A program made the translations under genes and the position numbers. From the NCBI GenBank assembly GCA_028534125.1, contig CM052839.1, positions 41,106,001 through 41,170,000 of the forward strand: a DNA stretch of 64,000 bases, given 5' to 3'. The notes under the pieces are model-generated. The model did no database searches. It was not told the origin of the DNA and saw only the letters and a program-made list of their open reading frames with translations. Of the stretch, positions 59,339 to 64,000 are shown one piece after another (within the stretch, counting starts at the first letter, position 1; every line of letters starts with the position of its first letter). The stretch comes from Lama glama (lineage: Eukaryota).

Positions 59339-59609
59339 TTGCAGAGGGGAGAGGGGTGGGAACGGACTGACTGGGAGTTCGAAATTTGTAGATACTGACA
59401 GGCATATGTAGAATAGATAAACAAGATTATGCTGTATAGCACAGGGAAATATATACAAGATCTTGTGGTAGCTCACAGCAAAAAAGAATGTGACAATGAA
59501 TATATGTATGTTCCATGTATAACTGAAAAAATGTGCTCTACTCTGGAAATTGACACAACATTGTAAACTGAATATAATTCAGTAAAAAAAAAAAAAAGAA
59601 AGAAAAAAA
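59339..59609 (+). mobile_element. 5'-truncated L1 with poly(A) tail
   Basis: 14-bp TSD AGAAATGGATGTGG (59325-59338 / 59610-59623). Confidence 0.87.
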
Positions 59610-60377
59610 AGAAATGGATGTGGGCTTTAGGAGGAGAGAGGCTGGCCACTCAGGGACAGGCGCTGATGCTGCAGGTCTAAACCAGATTGGAGCTGGAGCA
59701 GAGCTCACTCTCAAAAGCTGGGATCCATGAAGAGTCCCCACAGCCTCAGAATGGAGTGAAGGGGAGCTTCACTGATGGGCTTAGGGAATCATCAAGCCAT
59801 CTTGACCCCCTACAGCCACGAGGAGTTAGAGTCTCCCATAATATCAGCAGTACCAAGGTTGGGAAACCCTCAGCTAAGGAAGAAGCATCTCAGGCAGAGG
59901 GAACAGCACATGCAAAGGCCCTGAAATGAGAGAAAATTGATGTGTTTAAAGAACAGGGAGGAAACCAGTTAAGTCTGCAGACTGATAAGCTGGAAGGGAG
60001 GGTAAGAAAGGCTGAGAGGGGGCCTTGTGAAGTATGTTAAGGAGTTTGTATTTTAAGTGACAGCAATGGGAAACCGCTGAAGGATTTTGAGTAATGTGGA
60101 TTCTGGTTTATGTATGAAAATAATCACTCCACTATGTGAAGAACAGATTGGACATGGAAAAAGCAGGAGCAGGAAGATGAGTCAGAGGCTCTGCTGTCAT
60201 CCAGGAGAGAGGTGGTGGTGGCTTGACATAGTGATGGACCAAAGTGCACGGCCCTGAGTGTTTTTTGGAGGCAGATCCATCAGGATTTGTGATGGACTAA
60301 ATGTAGGACGTTAGGCAAAAGGAGGAATCCAGAGTGACTCCCAGGTCTTCTCCGGGCAAAGCTAGGTGTCAGTTTTT

Positions 60378-60505
60378 TTTCCTTTTGGTGGGAGGAGGTA
60401 ATTAGGTTTACTTATTTATTTATTCTTAGAGGAGGTACTAAGGATTGAACCCAGCACCTCAGGCATGCTAAGTATGCACTCTACCACTTGAGCTATACCC
60501 TTCCC
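60378..60505 (-). mobile_element. vic-1-like SINE
   Basis: TSD GGTGTCAGTTTTT on both sides. Confidence 0.88.
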
Positions 60506-60509
60506 ACTG

Positions 60510-60892
60510 GGTGTCAGTTTTTGCTTAAGCTGCCATAACAAAGCGTCACAGGCTGGGTGTCTTAAACAACAGAAGTTTGTTTTCTCTTAATTCTGGAGGC
60601 TGGAAGCCCAGGATCAAGGTGTCAGTAGGGTTGGCTTCTTCTGAGGCCTCAGTTTTATAGATGGCTGTCTTCTCCCTGTGTCCTCACATGGTCATCCTTC
60701 TGTGTGTATCTGTGTCCAAACTTCCTCTTCTTATAAGGACACTGGTCACATTGGGTCAGAACCCACACTAATGACCCCACTCTAACTTAGTTACCTCTTT
60801 AAAGATCCTGTCTCCAAACATAGTCACATTCTGAGGTACTGGGAGTTAGAATTTCAACATATGAGTTTTTAGAGGACACAACTCAGCCCATA
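60510..60892 (-). mobile_element. MLT1 (MaLR) LTR
   Basis: GCTGCCATAACAAA..TTAAACAACAGAA..GTCACATTCTGAGGTACTGGG..TCAGCCCATAA. Confidence 0.8.
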
Positions 60893-61129
60893 AAACTGGT
60901 GCCACTTCCTAAGGTGGGAGAAGGGCTTTGAAGATTATGATGGAATATAGAACTCCACAATGAAACATAAGAAAATACGGTATGCCAGGAGATGACAGAT
61001 AGATGGAGAGAGAAAGAGAGAGAGAGATGGAAGCTCTTGGATCTAAGAGCAAACAGGCAAATGACAAGTGTGCTGTCCCTACAGATTCTCTTGAGCATGA
61101 GCACAGAATGTTGCCCTGCTCATAACTGC

Positions 61130-61650
61130 AGAGCACACTTGGCAACAACAAAATCCACAGTAGAATGGATAAACACATTGTGGTATATCCTTGCAGTGGA
61201 ATCTTAGTCAACAATGAAAATGGACAAACTACAGCCGCAATGTGATGGATCTCAAGCGCAGTGTTACATAAAAGAAACAAGTCGTAAAACAGTATGAACG
61301 GATGATCCCACTTCTATAAAGTCCCAAAGTAGGCAAGACCAAACTATAATACTGGATGTATATAAAGGTGGCAAGATATTTTTAATTAAGAAAATGATTT
61401 ACGTGAAGTTCTAAAACATATGAAGCTAAGACATAGGTGATAGAAATCAGACCAATGGTTGCCTGGAGTGGGCATGTGGGCTGTCCATAAAGGGGCACAA
61501 GGGAACATTCTGGGTTAACAAGAAATGTCCTATATCCTGATCGTGGTGTTAGTCATAGGAATGTATAGATTCACTAAAATTCACTGGACTATACATATAC
61601 AGCAGGTGCATTTTACTATATGTAAAGTGTACTATAATAAAGTTGACTTT
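61130..61650 (+). mobile_element. Old L1M 3' fragments
   Basis: GTAGAATGGATAAACACATTGTGGTATATCC..AATAAAGTTGACTTTTTAAA. Confidence 0.7.
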
Positions 61651-63108
61651 TTAAATCAAGGGAATGAATATCACAAAAGCCAGAGTAATGGTTATTTCCA
61701 GTGAGGGAGGGAGAGGGTGTGAATAAGAAGTAGATTTCTGTTCAATTTCTTAACCTCATTGGTTGTTATGTAAACTTTGTTTTAAAATTATTCTGCAAAC
61801 TACACATACATGTTTTATACAGTCTTCTCTGAGTATGGTGTATTTTATATTTAAATGAATATGTGTGTGATTAAATATATATGCAATTAAATATACTTAC
61901 GTATGCAATGTCCATGGATTTTGAGAGAGAAAATGCCCACGAATGCCTCACTTTATAGAGGAAAACAAAACCACATTTTTAAAATGTAGGGACTCCAAAT
62001 GTACACTATCCATTTATACTGTCTTTTATTTAAAAAAGGAAAAGAAAAAATAATTCAATACACTTCACCCAACTGAGAAATCAACCCAAATAATTTTAGT
62101 TTGAGGAAGAAGCAATATAAAGGAAATAACAGTGGGAAACAAAATCAGTTAAACTTCAGAATTTATGTCTAAATCATTATTGTATGATTTTATTATAACA
62201 CAGTTATTATATTTATTAAAAATGCTAAAGTTAATTCTTGGAAGAGAACACATAATTGGTTTTAATTAATACAAATAAGTGTTTGGGTCCCAAAGCTCAT
62301 ATCATCACAGCTATTTCTCACTTCCTTTCAAGATTCTGGGGAAGAGAATGGTGGCCGGGTCAGTGGGTTCTATTCAACCACTGAAGGGTGTGGGTCTTTC
62401 TTCTTAAGCAGGACTCTGTAAGTGGAAAATCAGATATTCTGGGTTGACAACAAAGTCGTAAGCTGGCCATGTGGGGATGGAATCTGGAGCTTCTGGGGAA
62501 GACCTAGGGCATCTCAGGGAAACAGTAAATGGTAGAGCTGCAGCCATCGAAAGAGGTTAGATGGGGTTCTTGGTAAAAACAACCCTGTTCTTCCTCAAGC
62601 CCAGTGCTGAGAGCTTTGCCCAAATTATTTCTAAAGTTCACAACAAAGCCATAAGGTGGGTACCATTATCCCCACTTTACAGATATGAAAACAGAAGCAT
62701 GGAGACATCCTGAAACCAGGTATCATCTCATTAAGATCACCAATCTCAGTTTAGTTTGTTGTCCTTTGGTGCCCCAATCACCCTCCCCGACCCCGTGACC
62801 AGGTGATCTGGCTTCACCAGGTGCCTCAGGAATCAGGGATCCACTCTTCCGAGGCTCTGCGCCCGTAACCGCCAAGCTTCTGGCTTGTCCACAATCTGCT
62901 CCTCATGAGAAGCTTCGCTGTTGACCCCTTAATTCACTGGCCTCCCGCCCCTTCAGAAGGTACATCTCTTCCTGCCTGGCACAGCTGAGGTCCCAGTTTC
63001 TTTGTGAGGATGACGGTATCCACCTCATAAGGACTGTGGTGAAGAATAAATGAGATCATTGATGCCAAGTCCTGGGCACAGACTGCGGCATAATGTTAGC
63101 AGCTGGTA

Positions 63109-63109
<1 letters not shown>

Positions 63110-63158
<49 letters not shown>
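63110..63158 (+). repeat. (CA)n microsatellite, about 24 units
   Basis: Direct observation. Confidence 0.96.
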
Positions 63159-63160
<2 letters not shown>

Positions 63161-63371
63161 GTGGGCTGACAAAACATCCCCCATCTCTGCAGTTCCCAGT
63201 GAGCAGCCATGGTCTCGACATCCTCCCACTCACCTGAGTAGGTGGGTAAGTGTTTTCATGAGACCTGTTATTACCTGCTCTCCCAAACATCCTTGATCAC
63301 ATCCCTTCTTCTCCATCCCCTGTCCCCACACAGGGAAGATTCTATAAATGACAAGTCCCAGCCCCACTCAC

Positions 63372-63447
63372 CTAGAGGCACAGAAGGGGCAGAGCTACAA
63401 ACAGACCCAGCAAAAGGCAGAACTCCCAGATCCTTGTCTTCTGACAT
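63372..63447 (-). pseudogene. Orphan degenerate CD300 leader exon
   Basis: GCTCTGCCCCTTCTGTGCCTCTAG|GTGAGTGGGGCTGGG parallels CD300E exon 1 GCTCTGCTCCTTCTCTGCCTTCCAG|GTGAGTGGGGCTGGG; ETS site CAGGAAGTG just upstream. Confidence 0.65.
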
Positions 63448-64000
63448 CTCACCTAGGAGTTCCGGCCCTCCACACTCTCACTTCCTGTCCATATTTTCTG
63501 TTATCTGTTTCCTTCCTCTGCTGTTTCTTCCCTTTAAACTTTGAAGTTATCAGGAAAGGGGGAGAACCTGCTAAAAAGGAAAATGACCCCAAACCACAGC
63601 CACAGGGGGGAGCTTGATGACACCTTGTCCCACACCCACTTCACCTGCGAGGGATCCCGCCCAGCCACCCGGCCCATTTCCTCTGGATCCCACACTGTCC
63701 TTGATTCTCAGCGGGGTGGCTTTGCACAGCTCGGGCCCTACCCTGCAGGCTGTGCCCGCCTGCTGTGGTCACACTGCAGGTCCTCTTGGGGGATGGTTTC
63801 TGGTCCAGCTGTGAGCAAGGTTTACATCCTGCACAGTTCAAAGCATCTTTGACCTGAACGCTCTCTTTAGTGTCCCATGGAGAGGAGCAGGGACGTACAC
63901 CATTCTTACAATTCTAGATGTCAGAAGTCCAAAAGCAGTTTCCCTGGCTTTTTCTAGGATCTAGAGGCTTCTTGCATTGGCTCATGGCCCCTCATCACTC

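Overview
Mammalian genomic DNA, most likely a camelid, judged from about 12 copies of a tRNA-Ala-derived SINE of the vic-1 type. The window holds part of the CD300 (CMRF35-like) immune receptor cluster. Four spliced genes can be rebuilt with GT-AG introns and consistent phases: inhibitory CD300A (+, 7 exons, 309 aa), and three minus-strand genes with a transmembrane Lys, CD300LB (279 aa), a CD300C/CD300H-like gene (229 aa) and CD300E (275 aa). Main observations: (1) the IgV exons of CD300A and the CD300C-like gene are about 98% identical (7 differences in 330 nt) and form a ~470-bp inverted repeat 30 kb apart, which suggests gene conversion and could allow a promoter-swapping inversion; (2) IgV cysteines are rearranged in three genes; (3) CD300A has lost one ITIM tyrosine; (4) the activating receptors have longer cytoplasmic tails than their human orthologs; (5) there is an orphan frameshifted leader exon and a relic of a CD300-type 3' region; (6) a solo LTR sits inside a SINE. 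Two 500-N scaffold gaps limit conclusions about gene content. Comparisons with human proteins and repeat consensus sequences are from recalled knowledge, not from searches.
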